Assembly (NCBI GenBank): GCA_951406725.2
Contig: OX597825.1
Span: 10,478,001-10,542,000, forward strand
From: Octopus vulgaris
Taxonomy: Eukaryota
Length of the DNA: 64,000 nucleotides
Direction: 5' to 3'
How positions within the stretch are numbered: the stretch's first letter is position 1; each line of letters opens with the position of its first letter. Both the position numbers and the translations under genes were made by a program. Shown here piece by piece: positions 1 through 13,469 of the stretch. A model generated the notes under the pieces. It worked only from the letters and a program-made list of their open reading frames with translations. It was not told the DNA's origin and ran no database searches.

Positions 1-49
<49 letters not shown>

Positions 50-224
50 GTAATATATGTTATATATGTATGTGTGTACGTGTATATATAAACGCGTATA
101 ATATTATACGTATATATTACAATTTTTCTGAATTTTCGGATTTTTCTATATCCTAGGCTACTGGTTTTAAATTGATATTAATTAAATTAATATTCAATTT
201 ATCACCCTCATTATTTAAAGTTTA

Positions 225-421
225 TATGTGTGTATGTATGTAGGTATGTATGTATGTAGGTAGGTAGGTAGGTAGGTAGGTAGGTAGGTAGGTAGGTAGG
301 TAGGTAGGTAGGTAGGTAGGTAGGTAGGTATGTATGTATGTATGTATGTATGTATGTATGTATGTATGTATGTATGTATGTATGTATGCATGTATGTATG
401 TATGTATGTATGTATGTATAT
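225..421. repeat. Compound tetranucleotide microsatellite (TATG)n/(TAGG)n
   Basis: Directly visible tandem TATG and TAGG units. Confidence 0.95.
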
Positions 422-584
422 ACATTTATGAATCGAGGGTATTAAGACATTATTATATTCCAGTATACACGTTGTATATAGTTTCGTAACCTCACAAAAC
501 TGCAGGCGGCGTTTTCTTCACCGTAGGTGTAAGGTATACATTTTTTTTATAAAACAAAAAAAAAAAAAAAACAAAAACATAACG

Positions 585-1125
<541 letters not shown>

Positions 1126-1460
1126 ACATGCATGTTTGCATGTTTGTGTGTATGTACAATTCTTTATGAATTTGTGGTTCGGAATTACATTTTCCTTTCG
1201 AAATAGTGATTCACCAATAGTTCGTATCAAAATCAATTCCATGTCCCATGTTTTCGTTATGGTTAAGTCTCTCGATAATTCTGATCCGGCAAATTTGTAA
1301 GCAAATGAGTTCTTTCTTTTACGACGGTGGAATATGACTTGAAGACTTTTTCGCTACTGTTTCTAGAGCTTTCCTCGCGATTTTATGAGTATATGGTCTT
1401 GATATGAGGAATATGAGACTTTTCGCTAGAGAACTTTCCTCGCGAGACTATATGGTCTTG

Positions 1461-1885
<425 letters not shown>

Positions 1886-2269
1886 CTTAGCTAGTTAGAT
1901 AGACAGACGGACAGACAGAATGTAAGTTAATATATTAAAGTATTTTCTCAGCATTTATTATATGATTGTATGTAAAGAACTGCAACTATTTGTCTGTGTA
2001 TGGAACATATTAGCAATTCAGCCAGGTTTACACAATAGTTCGAAATGAACTCTGTATTGAAATGTCTTCCATTTGAAATATATTAACTAAAAATCACAAA
2101 TGTATAACATTCTGTAAAAGGATTTCTCTTTCTGGGCCTGTAGCTGTCACCTGCATAGTTGTGTTCGTCACGATATACAACCCCGGATTGACTAGTGAAG
2201 TGGAAAAATCTTAATTCGTTTTAGAACTAATGGCTATATATTTTCTTACCGTTTTGTTATCGTTTTCAG

Positions 2270-2298
2270 ATGTATTCAGTAACACACAAGTCTATGCC
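2270..2298 (+). other. Candidate 29-nt micro-exon
   Basis: actaat branch-like motif, T-rich tract, ttttcag|ATGTATTCAGTAACACACAAGTCTATGCC|gtaagt. Splice signals only. Confidence 0.35.
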
Positions 2299-2308
2299 GT
2301 AAGTAATT

Positions 2309-2978
2309 TTGTTTTAATATTGTAGAATCGTGCTGATATCTATTCAGGTTCATATAATTAATAGTTAAGCCCCCGTTTACATGATCGTCCGTTTTAAAGA
2401 AACTCGACTTTGATAATAATTTTACTTCTGAATCTAATTCCAACAAATTCTCCATGATTACCCAGCATTATCGGAAGTTGTATAAAACTTCAAGAACTAC
2501 ATAACTAATTAAATCTAGTAATGAGAAAAGTTAGAAAACGATGTTTTTAAATGTGGTTACATCGACTCTGAAAATCCAGCTTTCAATGACGATGTTTTAT
2601 AATGATAATATTTTATTTAAACAGTTTTAACTGTAAAAGTTGCGATTGTCTCAAAGCACAAAGACATGTAGTAATATTGCAGATAATTTCTGGATTTGAT
2701 CCCCTTTTGTGGCGAGATTCATCTGACTGATCTTGAATTTTGTAATCATTCAGAAACTACCATTCATTTGAGTCTCAGAAGAGAAAAGATACATAAACAA
2801 ACCAAACTTTCTATCTTCAATTCGATTCTATGATCTATGGTGAAGAATGACGGAAAGTGTACGACCGCGAATACAGGCGACCGAAATGGGGTTCCACTGA
2901 GGAATTTCTAAAGTAACTTTACTCGACAGGATGTGTAGCTCAGAGATCAGGAAGTTACTCCAAGTCGAGCCACTATGT

Positions 2979-3015
<37 letters not shown>

Positions 3016-3900
3016 TGTGTGTGTGTGTGTGTTTACGTCCCCGTAACTTAGCGGTTATTGTTTTAGAACAATAGAATAAGTATATATATATACAGAGAAT
3101 ACATTCATATATATCTATTCATATAAAACATATATATAAATATAAAATTTATAGTTTTGCCATATAACGAACTAAAACACGCAGCACAAAATATGTATTT
3201 TATTGAAAAACTAAGTCTTAAAGTCTATTTATTTTTTTATACAGTGCTTGGACGGAAGGTGTCTATATATATATTGAACATGACAGAGAGTTTAGTGTGT
3301 AGAATTCTTCAAATTTGTGGTGATACACTCAAAAAGTTTTCAAATTTGTCAAAAATCATTCCAGCATGTTTTGTTTGGTTAAGTCTCTCGATAACTGACA
3401 CGGCAAACTTTGTAAAAATGAGTTCTGTTCTCTAATACGACGGTGGAATATGACTTCAAGATTTTTGCTACTGTTTCACGCACTTTCTGTGCGATTTTAT
3501 GAGTCTATATGGTCTTGTATAGTCTCCCAGAATACTTGTCAATATCAACATCTCTTCAGAGAGAATCGTCCTGAGAGACAGAGAGCAGAGAGAGACAGAG
3601 ACAGAGAGAGAGAGACAGAGACAGAGACAGATGAGACAGACAGACAGACAGACAGCACTGCAGACAGACAGACAGACAGACAGATAGATAGATTAGATAG
3701 ATAGCATAGATAGATAGATAGATAGATGCCCGATAGATAGACTAGCGTGCTTTAGATTCGATAGATATGGCAAATATGTACTGATACTATATTTATCAAA
3801 CCTCGTATAAGAATTAAGTACATATATATATACATATATTTACATATATTTACATATCTTAAATATGTACAAATGTGTGTGTGTAGTATGTGTAGATAGA

Positions 3901-3989
<89 letters not shown>

Positions 3990-4304
3990 GTATACTGTCA
4001 ATCTAACGTGAACATGACAGTAGGGGTTACACCGCTGTTTAGCCCCTAGGAGCATCGACGCCTTCCTACTGGCTTCGACACATTTTCCTATGTCCTTATT
4101 TACATTTACTTCGTAAATTTTTATATACTTTGTAAATGTATATAAGGACACAGGAAAAATGTGTCGAAGCCAGTATGGAACATATTAGCAATTCAGCCAG
4201 GTTTAACCCCCCCTACTGTCACGTTAAATTGACAGTATACAACCATTCTATCGCCCCACCACCGTACATATCTCTATGAGAGATTTAGAAATTTAATATT
4301 TCTG

Positions 4305-4342
<38 letters not shown>

Positions 4343-5191
4343 CACACGCGCAAACCCACCCACACGCACATATGCACATACATACATACAGACAGACATT
4401 TAGCTAAAACTGGGCAGCCACAGACAATATCATTGATTGTTTTCTGCCAACATTCACGTCTTTCATATTGTGCAGTAACGTTTTGATTTCGACTTCATTA
4501 TATTCGTTTGGGGACTTCTATTATGAAGGATTTGTTGTTTTAATATTGTAGAATCTGCTGATATCTATTCGGTTCATATAATTAATAGTTAAGCCCCTGT
4601 TTACATGATCGTCCGTTTTAAAGAAACTCGACTTTGATAATAATTTTACTTCTGAATCTAATTCCAACAAATTCTCCATGATTTCAAGCATTATCGGAAG
4701 TTGTATAAAACTTCAAGAACTACATAACTAATTAAATCTAGTAATGAGAAAAGTTAGAAAACGATGTTTTTAAATGTGGTTACATCGACTCTGAAAATCC
4801 AGCTTTCAATGATGATGTTTTATAATGATAATATTTTATTTAAACAGTTTTAACTGTGTAAGTTGCGATTGTCTCAAAGCACAAAGACATGTAGTAATAT
4901 TGCAGATAATTTCTGGATTTGATCCCCTTTTGTGGCTGTGAGATTCATCTTGAAGATCTTGAATTTTGTAACATTCAAAACTACCATTCATTTTGAGTCT
5001 CAGAGAAAAGATACATAAACAAACCAAACTTTCTATCTTCAATTCGATTCTATGATCTATGGTGAAGAATGACGGAAAGTGTACGACCGCGAATACAGGC
5101 GACCGAAATGGGGTTCCACAGGAATTTCTAAATAACTTTACTCGATGTGTAGCTCAGGCAGAATCAGGAAGTTACTCTCGAGCCACTATGT

Positions 5192-5254
<63 letters not shown>

Positions 5255-5280
5255 ACGTCCCCGTAACTTAGCGGTTCGGC
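2309..5280. repeat. Near-identical ~750-bp direct duplication (2309-3056 and 4535-5280) enclosing a hybrid segment
   Basis: tgttttaatattgtagaatc...ccgtaacttagcggtt occurs twice about 2.2 kb apart with only small indels. Confidence 0.9.
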
Positions 5281-5394
5281 AAAGAGATCAATAGAATAAG
5301 TACTAGGCTAACAGAGAATAAGTCCTGATTGTTTCTCGACTAAAGGCGGTGCTCCAGCATAGCCGCAGTCAAATGACTGAAACTAGTAAAAGAG
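5250..5394 (+). mobile_element. SINE family B, 3' half
   Basis: gtttacgtccccgtaacttagcggttcggc...gcagtcaaatgactgaaac matches the full copies at 16989 and 41523. Confidence 0.85.
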
Positions 5395-6251
5395 GACTGT
5401 TGCCATAGTAACGAAGCTAAAACACGCAGCACAAAACTGCTTGGCACAGATTGAACTTGAACTCTGTTGTACACGCGCACTAAGTCTTAACGTTCTAGTT
5501 TACTTCCGCTGTTTACAGCAGTGCTTGGACGGAAGGTGTGTAGCGTGTGATCGTCGCATTGAACATGACAGAGAAAGTTTAGCAGAGAATCTGCTTCAAA
5601 TTTTGCCAAAAGCTTGGCGATACCTGCTCAAAGACCAACGCAAAGTTTTCAAAAAGTTTTCATCATTCTCGACACAGTCAAAAAGATCTTTGATCTTTGA
5701 AACCTGAGTGTCTTTTTGGTCAACTGAAAGCAGTTTTGGCACAAACTAGGCAGACACGTGTCTTAAACCCAAATCTTCAGTGATAATGGACTGAACTGAA
5801 CCGTAACTAATCTGTGCATCCTCTAATAACTCACGGATGGTGATTCAACGATTTACTTGCACAGCTTCACGCACATCTGTGGTGTTTTTCTCAGTTCTGC
5901 TGGTTGCGAGTCTCCCAGAATACTTGTCAATATCAACATCTCTTCAGCCATCTTGGAATCGTCTGACCCACTCGTACACTTGTGTGCGGCTCATACACTT
6001 TCTGCAACTTTGCGTAGGCCTCTGAGCAGGTATTGCCACGACGACCTTTCTCTGTCATGGTCAATGCGACGATCACACGCTACACACCTTCCTTCTAAGC
6101 ACTGCTGCAAACAGCGGAAGTGAGCTAGAACGTTTAAACCTAATGCGCATGCACACCAGAGTTCAAGGTCCATCTTTGCCCGGCGGCTTCACTCTGCGTG
6201 CTTTAGCTTCGTTACTATGGCAACTGTCTGATACTTATTGATCAAACCTCG
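5394..6251. mobile_element. Mariner-derived fold-back element made of two opposed 5' ends
   Basis: ~190-bp inverted arms. The minus strand reads degenerate transposase N-terminus (MSRTQVYEWVRRFQDG...ITIREL...GSVQSIITEDLGLRHVSA*FVPKLL). Right end is TA-CGAGGTTTGATCAATAAGTAT, a mariner-like TIR. Confidence 0.8.
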
Positions 6252-6263
6252 TATATACATAAG

Positions 6264-6319
<56 letters not shown>

Positions 6320-6363
6320 GTGTGTGTGTATGTGTGTAGATAGATAGATAGATAGATAGATAT

Positions 6364-6653
6364 ATAGAATGGTTGTATACTGTCAATCTAACGTGAACAT
6401 GACAGTAGGGGTTACACCACCGCTGTTTAGCCCTAGGAAGCATCGACGCTTCCTACTGGCTTCGACACATTTTTCCTGTGTCCTTATTTACATTTACTTC
6501 GTAAATTTTTATATACTTTGTAAATGTATATAAGGACACAGGAAAAATGTGTCGAAGCCAGCAGAAGCGTCGATACTTCCTAGGGCTAAACAGCGGTGGT
6601 GTAACCCCCTACTGTCACGTTCACGTTAGATTGACAGTATACAACCATCCTAT
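6364..6653. repeat. Long palindrome (~130-bp arms) inserted among TA/GATA repeats
   Basis: atggttgtatactgtcaatctaacgtgaac... is mirrored by ...gttcacgttagattgacagtatacaaccat. Confidence 0.9.
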
Positions 6654-6772
6654 CGCCCCACCACCGTACATATCTCTATGAGGGATTTAGAAATTTAATA
6701 TTTCTGATTATATATATATATATATATATATATACCACACGCGCAAACCCACCCACACGCACATACGCACAT

Positions 6773-6803
<31 letters not shown>

Positions 6804-7904
6804 TTTAGCTAAAACTGGGCAGCTACAGACAATATCATTGATTGTTTTCTGCCAACATTCACGTCTTTCATATTGTGCAGTAACGTTTTGATTTCGACTT
6901 CATTATATTCGTTTGGGGACTTCTATTATGAAGGATTTGCTTTTTTGCTGCTCTTGAATCTACTTCGATTTCTGTTTAGAGATCTGTGATTCTCCGTTGC
7001 ATTTTGTGCAATATTTACCGCCCCCGCCTGGTTCGTTCTTCGTGTTGTGTTTTCGGCACGAAGGAGATGCTTTTCCTGTCATTATCTTAAAATGACATTC
7101 TATATTCTTGCTTTCAGCTTAGTTTTTAGTATTTATTTAATCATTTTTGTAAGCTTTTCTCCATTCTATTCACAGCTGATTATTATTTCAACTGCTCTTT
7201 TATATCTGTTAGCTTCCTTGAAGACTGAGAACAGGAATTTTCGTTTTGTTCTTATTTTTGTAGACAATTGTAGTATTTTCTTTCGATATATACTAAATAT
7301 TATGATATTCTAGCTGCAGAAAGTCCTTATGTCCCAGCCTAAGTGTAAATAAACTATTTCTAGCGTCAGGCAGAATAAAAATACCCTCATACCACTGTAC
7401 TATTAAAGTGGTGGGGAACATTGGTCGGATGAAGCTGATTGTCCGTAGGTACCGACACTAAGGTTAGGTTACATTAGAAGTGGCTAATCTCAACAATTAC
7501 ATTACGAAAGACAGAGAATTAAATACAGTACTGTACTTTTAGTCAGGCACACTCTCCAATCTGACAATATAAAATACCTGTACACTGCAAATATAAACTA
7601 GAGTACAAGAAATCCAACATTTTTAATTTTAAATCAGACTTACTAGGGACAGTAGATAGATGTTGTTGATATGCTGTGGTGTTGTCCACTGCTTGAATCC
7701 GTGAATATTTGAGGTATGAGTGTATATTTCAAAGGCACACAACGCTCGAAAAGATCACTTGAAGAGATCACTCAAACGTGAATTCTTTTAATTCCCAAGA
7801 AACAAAACTATAAACCATCAACTGTTTTGTTTCTGTTTATAAAGCTGTAAGACAGCAGCTTGTAGACCTTCTTTCATCATTTTTTAAAAATCGATCACGT
7901 GTGT

Positions 7905-8457
7905 CTTCTGTCGACGTTCTTCGCAGTGGTTGAACCAAAATGAAGCACCGAAAACCTTCCCTAAACCCGAGCTCTTCAAAGGGAAGGCTATGTTGACTGT
8001 TTGGTGATGTACTGCTGGACTCATCCACGATAACTCTTTAAAACCCGGAAAAACCATTACTGCAGAAACATATTGCCATGAAATTTCCAAAATGAACGAA
8101 AAATGCTACCTCTCCGTCACAGACTTGTCAACATTAGATGGCCAATCATTCTTCATGACAATGATCGACTACACGTTTCACTAATGACGCTCCAGCAGTT
8201 GGGGGGGGGGACTTGGCTACGACGTTTTTCTCCACCCAGCTTATTCTCCAGACCTTTCTCCTACCGACTACCACTTTTTCAAGCACCTTGATGGTTTCCT
8301 GCGAGAGAAGGAGTTCAAAAATCAAACCGATGCTGAAAGTTTGTTCAAAGAGTTCATCAGCTCCAGAACTCCAGATTTTTATGATAGCGAAATAAACAAA
8401 CGTGTAACTCGTTGGCAAAAATGTGTTGATTGTAGTGATACTTACTTTGATGAATAA
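7905..8457 (+). pseudogene. Degenerate mariner transposase, C-terminal catalytic region
   Basis: Translates with frameshift/stops to QWLNQNEAPKTFPKPE...LKPGKTITAETYC...IILHDN...HPAYSPDLSPTDYHFFKHLDGFL...RWQKCVDCSDTYFDE*, including the YSPDL motif. Confidence 0.9.
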
Positions 8458-9099
8458 AACTTCCGCATTGTTGAAATATATATATAAACATACACACACA
8501 CATATATACACATATATTTATACATATATACATACATACATACATACATACATACATACATACATACATACATACATACATACATACATACATACATACA
8601 TACATACATACATGCATACGTACATATATATATATATATATATACAGTATGGCCGACTGGTTAACATATATTGTTTCACAAATGTGGGGACACGAGGTCG
8701 ATCCCACTACTAATGACGGCCAGAAACATGTGTCCACAACTCTCCTCTTATCTCTCTACACAATGACCTGTCCTTTTCCTTAATGGCATACCAACTTTGG
8801 AGAACTTTTGCTTCTTGAAATTATCTCTCCTTCCTGAGTGGAGCTAATCTAAATTGCCATTTGATAATTGTGGCATATTCTCTAGCGAGGAGATATTTTA
8901 AATGACTCAAGAATTTATGCTGTATGATATTTGATATACCTGTAAATGTCTATGTTCTTCAAATGCATGGCTCTGGTAAATCTGAGTTATTTTTCTTAGC
9001 TCATTTTCGTTCAAATTTTGCAAATTACCTACGCCAGTCATGTGTTCTACTCCTTCTTGTATAAATTTAAATACCTTAATTAATGGAGATAAGGTACTA

Positions 9100-9330
9100 C
9101 TTTATTTCACGTTGCCCCAGTTCACTCAATTATAGAAATTAGTTGCGACGTCACTGGTGCAAAGCTGTATCGGCCTCTTTGCCTTTCCCTTGGACAACAT
9201 CGGTGGCACGGAGAAGGGGAGACTGGTATGTATGGACGACTGCTGGTCTTCCATAAACAACCTTGGATCTGTGCCTCGGAAGAGCACTTTTTAGATGACC
9301 CATTGTTATTCTTTACAAAAAGGTGTCTTT
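9100..9330 (+). mobile_element. SINE family D, 5'-truncated and diverged
   Basis: ctttatttcacgttgccccagttcactc...ctgctggtcttccataaacaacc is the reverse complement of the 42567-42906 element. Confidence 0.75.
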
Positions 9331-9598
9331 ATTCGTATGTGTTGTAAAACTACAAGCCACCGCCCACTCTTAGTTATATCTCATCACTCATTTACACACC
9401 TACGTATACACACCTACGTGTATGTATACTGGCGGGCATTATTCATTATTAATTATTATTAATTATTATTGCAATTATCGGCTGCATATGCAAACGAAAA
9501 TGAATTCATACAGAAATATATTTCATATGCGCGCGCGTGTGTGTGTGGGTGTGTGCGTGCGTGTGAGTGTATGCATGTATATATATATATATATATAC

Positions 9599-9852
9599 CA
9601 AGGGTACAAGTACCAGCGTTGTTAGAAATAAGAGTCGAAAAGTATTCAAATATGCCACAATATCGTTGTAAATTTAACAAGCTGACGTAATCGAGAGCGA
9701 ATAAAAAGGCAATTACCATTGCAGCGTAAAAAAAAAACGCAAATGATTTCACAGATATACACATATCACGTGTTAAATTTACAGTGATATTGTGGCTTAT
9801 TTGAATATTTTTCGACTCTTATTTCTAGCAACGCTGGTACTTGTACCCTTGA
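9599..9852. repeat. Palindromic insert (~85-bp arms) in TA tract
   Basis: caagggtacaagtaccagcgttg...gtaaatttaaca versus tgttaaatttac...caacgctggtacttgtacccttg. Confidence 0.88.
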
Positions 9853-9961
9853 TTATAGATTTATATATATTCCCTTCTGGTGATTCAATTCATGACCGCG
9901 TGTGTATCGTTGGCGATTTTTTCCCTCCGTCTTCCCTTTTTTGGATCTTTCTTTTTCCTAC

Positions 9962-9996
9962 GTTTCTGACGAAGAGCTCTGCTCGAAACGTTAAAT
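9962..9996 (+). ncRNA. Minimal type-I hammerhead ribozyme motif (Penelope-like)
   Basis: gttt-CTGACGA-a-GAGC tct GCTC-GAAA-CG-TT-aaat: conserved core, stem II, ACGT palindromic stem III and short stem I. Confidence 0.65.
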
Positions 9997-10187
9997 CCTC
10001 CTTCTTTCTTTCCTTTTCTGAGCGTCCAATAACACTATACTATGTTATATTTTGTTTTCTCTTTCTCCATGTTGGATTAACTATATTTATATATATATAT
10101 ATATATGTGTATATATATATATATATATACACACACATTTATTTATATATATATAATATACGTACATACATACATATATATATATAC

Positions 10188-10236
<49 letters not shown>

Positions 10237-10417
10237 GGAGTAAACACATAAATGTGAAACAACGTAGAAAAAAAGAGTACTCAAATACCAGAGTAGAGTA
10301 ATATGCTTTATTTTGCTAGCAAAAACTGTCCGACAAACGGGAACGTGAAACTCAGAGTAACAGGTTTTGTTGAATTTTCTGCTGCTTTATATATATATAT
10401 ATATATATATGTATACG

Positions 10418-10456
<39 letters not shown>

Positions 10457-10459
10457 ACG

Positions 10460-10504
<45 letters not shown>

Positions 10505-10521
10505 TTATTTATATATATACG

Positions 10522-10619
<98 letters not shown>

Positions 10620-10789
10620 GTACACACACTCACACGCACACAGACACATAAACACACACACATACACACATCTCTGTATGAATGTATTTTCGTTTGCATA
10701 TGTAGCCGATATTTGCAATAATAAATAATAATAAATAATGCCCGCCATTATTGTTCCAATTGATATTATTTTCATGCGTAAAAAATAAC

Positions 10790-11046
10790 CGAATAACCGA
10801 ATCGCAAAGAAATTAACAAAATAACTTGCGGTATTTATTTATTTATTTCCGGAATTTATCGATTTTTTTCAGAACTGGGGGAACTTTTCAAAATTTTCGC
10901 TACGTTAGTTTTGAATTATGACATTGGGCTATGTGTGTGTCAAGTTTCATCAGAATCGGTTGAAAGCCGTGGTCAGGGTGAGGGTACAAGCAAACAGACA
11001 CACAGAAACACGCACAGACAAACTGCCGTTTATATAGAGAGAGATT
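10790..11046 (+). mobile_element. Helentron/DINE-1-like non-autonomous element, 3' part
   Basis: aagtttcatcagaatcggttg...cagacaaactgccgtttatatagagagagat; same terminus as the element ending at 13986. Family assignment from memory. Confidence 0.55.
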
Positions 11047-11769
11047 TCGGTTTTGCGTTCTGGCTTTAAATCCCGCTCAATTGATTTTACCTTTCATGCT
11101 TAACAGCTTCGTTAAAATAAAGAACCAGTGATATGCTCCGGTCAATTTAATGAATTAACACTTACCCAACTTGCGGCCTTGCTTCGGAAATAATAATTAT
11201 TATTATCGCCATCATCATAAACACTACCACATTCTTCAAACTCCTATTATCTTCAATATAAAGCGTACTGAAGTGATGTTAGATCTAGTTATACGATACG
11301 TCTATAATTTTCTGAGGTTGTCTCTCAAATCTCTGTACAAACAACAATTACTTTAAGTGGTTTAACGCTAATCTGTTGAATAGTTGTATAAGATTTCTCA
11401 ACGGTAAGGTGTTACATATTGAAACTGTATAAGTTTCCAAGACTGTAATTTTCCAGAACAATATTCTGTTGCCTGCTATTAGTTCCATTTTGAAATGAAA
11501 CAGCAGTAATCATGGATAGAACAAGCCTTACGACTTTATAATGACAAACAATAAAACCAAGTAACAAAAATGCTTCTTTGGATATGTATGTTGGTGTTTA
11601 GACTTCTATCTTCTCGCTCTCTCTTTCGCTCTCTCTTCTTCCATTTCTCTATCTATCTATCTAGCTAGCTAGCTAGCTATCTGTCTGTCTGTCTGTCTAT
11701 CAACACATATGTGTGTGCATATATTTGTGTGTGTTGGTGGTGTGTTGTTGTTGGTGGTGTGTGTGTGTG

Positions 11770-11831
<62 letters not shown>

Positions 11832-11877
11832 CATACATATATATTTATATACACACACAAATACACATATATGGGTG

Positions 11878-11909
<32 letters not shown>

Positions 11910-11935
11910 TTCAAATACATATATTGGTATACACA

Positions 11936-11995
<60 letters not shown>

Positions 11996-12126
11996 CGTAT
12001 ATACGTATATGTACATATATATATACACAGACAGAGATATGTACAGATGTATGTGTATAAATATACATGTGTGTGTATAGGTTTGTGTATATAGATATAT
12101 ATACATATACATATGTGTGCGTGTGC

Positions 12127-12158
<32 letters not shown>

Positions 12159-12687
12159 AGGTTTGTATATATATATATATATGCATTTATGGCTGTATAT
12201 GTACATACACGTATATATGTTTGTATGTACACATGCGTATATGTATAACTGTACTACTTTTGTTCAGCTCAGAGCCATTTTACCATATTTCCACACAAAG
12301 TTACCTGGCAACAAAGAAGTAGAAATGAAAACACAAGCTCTCTCAATATGTGAGACGGCTGAACAACTCGAGATCAACAACATTTGCATAAAACACATTT
12401 TGTTTTGGGTGGGGTGTTCCAGAAAACCGCGGTTGCTACTACTGCCTCAACCGTTACTACTGCTGCGGCTACTGCTGTGGTTACTGCTGTAACCGCTACT
12501 ACCATTGTTGTTCTTTGTCTTGTTCTGGAGCTGTGGATCGGCGCTCAACGATTTGCTTTTGTCATCCAACACGCTGTAATCGTGACCATTATCTTATTTT
12601 AAACAGTTTTGCTCTAGCTACAATAAAGGGCATCTCCTTTTGTTGTTGTTGTTGTTCTTGTTAGCTTTTAATCCAGGACAATCCTGC

Positions 12688-12853
12688 CTCTTTTACTCTC
12701 TTTTACTTGTTTCAGTCATTTGACTGCGGCCATGCTGGAGCACCATCTTTAGTCGAGCAAATCGACCCCAGGACTTATTCTTTGTAAGCCTAGTACTTAT
12801 TATATCGGTATCTTTTGCCGAACCGCTAAGTCACGGGGACGCAAACACACCAG
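12688..12853 (-). mobile_element. SINE family B, 3' half
   Basis: ctcttttactcttttacttgtttcagtcatttgactgcggccatgctggagc...ccgaaccgctaag. Confidence 0.88.
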
Positions 12854-12889
12854 ACAGACGAAATGCCGTCAAGAATTATATCCAGCGTG

Positions 12890-12890
12890 C

Positions 12891-12943
<53 letters not shown>

Positions 12944-12949
12944 TTAATA

Positions 12950-13005
<56 letters not shown>

Positions 13006-13020
13006 AATAATAATAATATA
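12890..13020. repeat. (TAA)n/(TGA)n trinucleotide microsatellite
   Basis: Directly visible. Confidence 0.95.
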
Positions 13021-13024
13021 CGAA

Positions 13025-13430
13025 TTCTATATTTGCCACAAGGGCAACAGATAAGAGGATATTATATGAACGGACTACTAGATTATAATAAACGGTGGGG
13101 TTTTGTGCCGATTAGATTCAGAAAAAGAAAAAACATATTGGGAGCGGAAAACAACTGTACACTAAAGAAATGAAGGGTGGCGTCTCTGAAAAGGACACAA
13201 CGTAGGGGTTAAATAGAAAGCTCTACAAACCTAGGGTTACTCTTGACTACGAAGGGTAAATCCCTTCTCCTAGTTGTAATCTTCGACCAACAAGCACTAA
13301 GAAGCCCGTTCACTCAAGCAATTCTCTCTACCGTTACTTTTCAACCAATTCAACAGAGAAAAACCGATTCGATCGCCACCGCCACCTTCCCCTTTATGTA
13401 GAACTTCAAGTTGATGAGGACATGGCCGAA
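13025..13430 (-). mobile_element. Possible L1/Tx1-like LINE 3' end, highly diverged
   Basis: Minus strand gives GHVLINLKFYIKGKVAVAIE..., reminiscent of L1-Tx1 ORF2 C-termini, followed by a UTR-like stretch. Confidence 0.35.
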
Positions 13431-13469
13431 AAAAAAAAAGTATGTGTTTAGTCTTGTTTATCTGAAATA

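Noticed and set aside
3157-3704. ORFs of 92 and 84 aa with complex-looking sequence
   Set aside because: They lie in the chimeric segment that mixes two other loci, so the sequence itself is suspect.
7905-8457. Domesticated SETMAR-like transposase gene
   Set aside because: Contains a stop and frameshift, lacks the N-terminus, and no SET domain is present.
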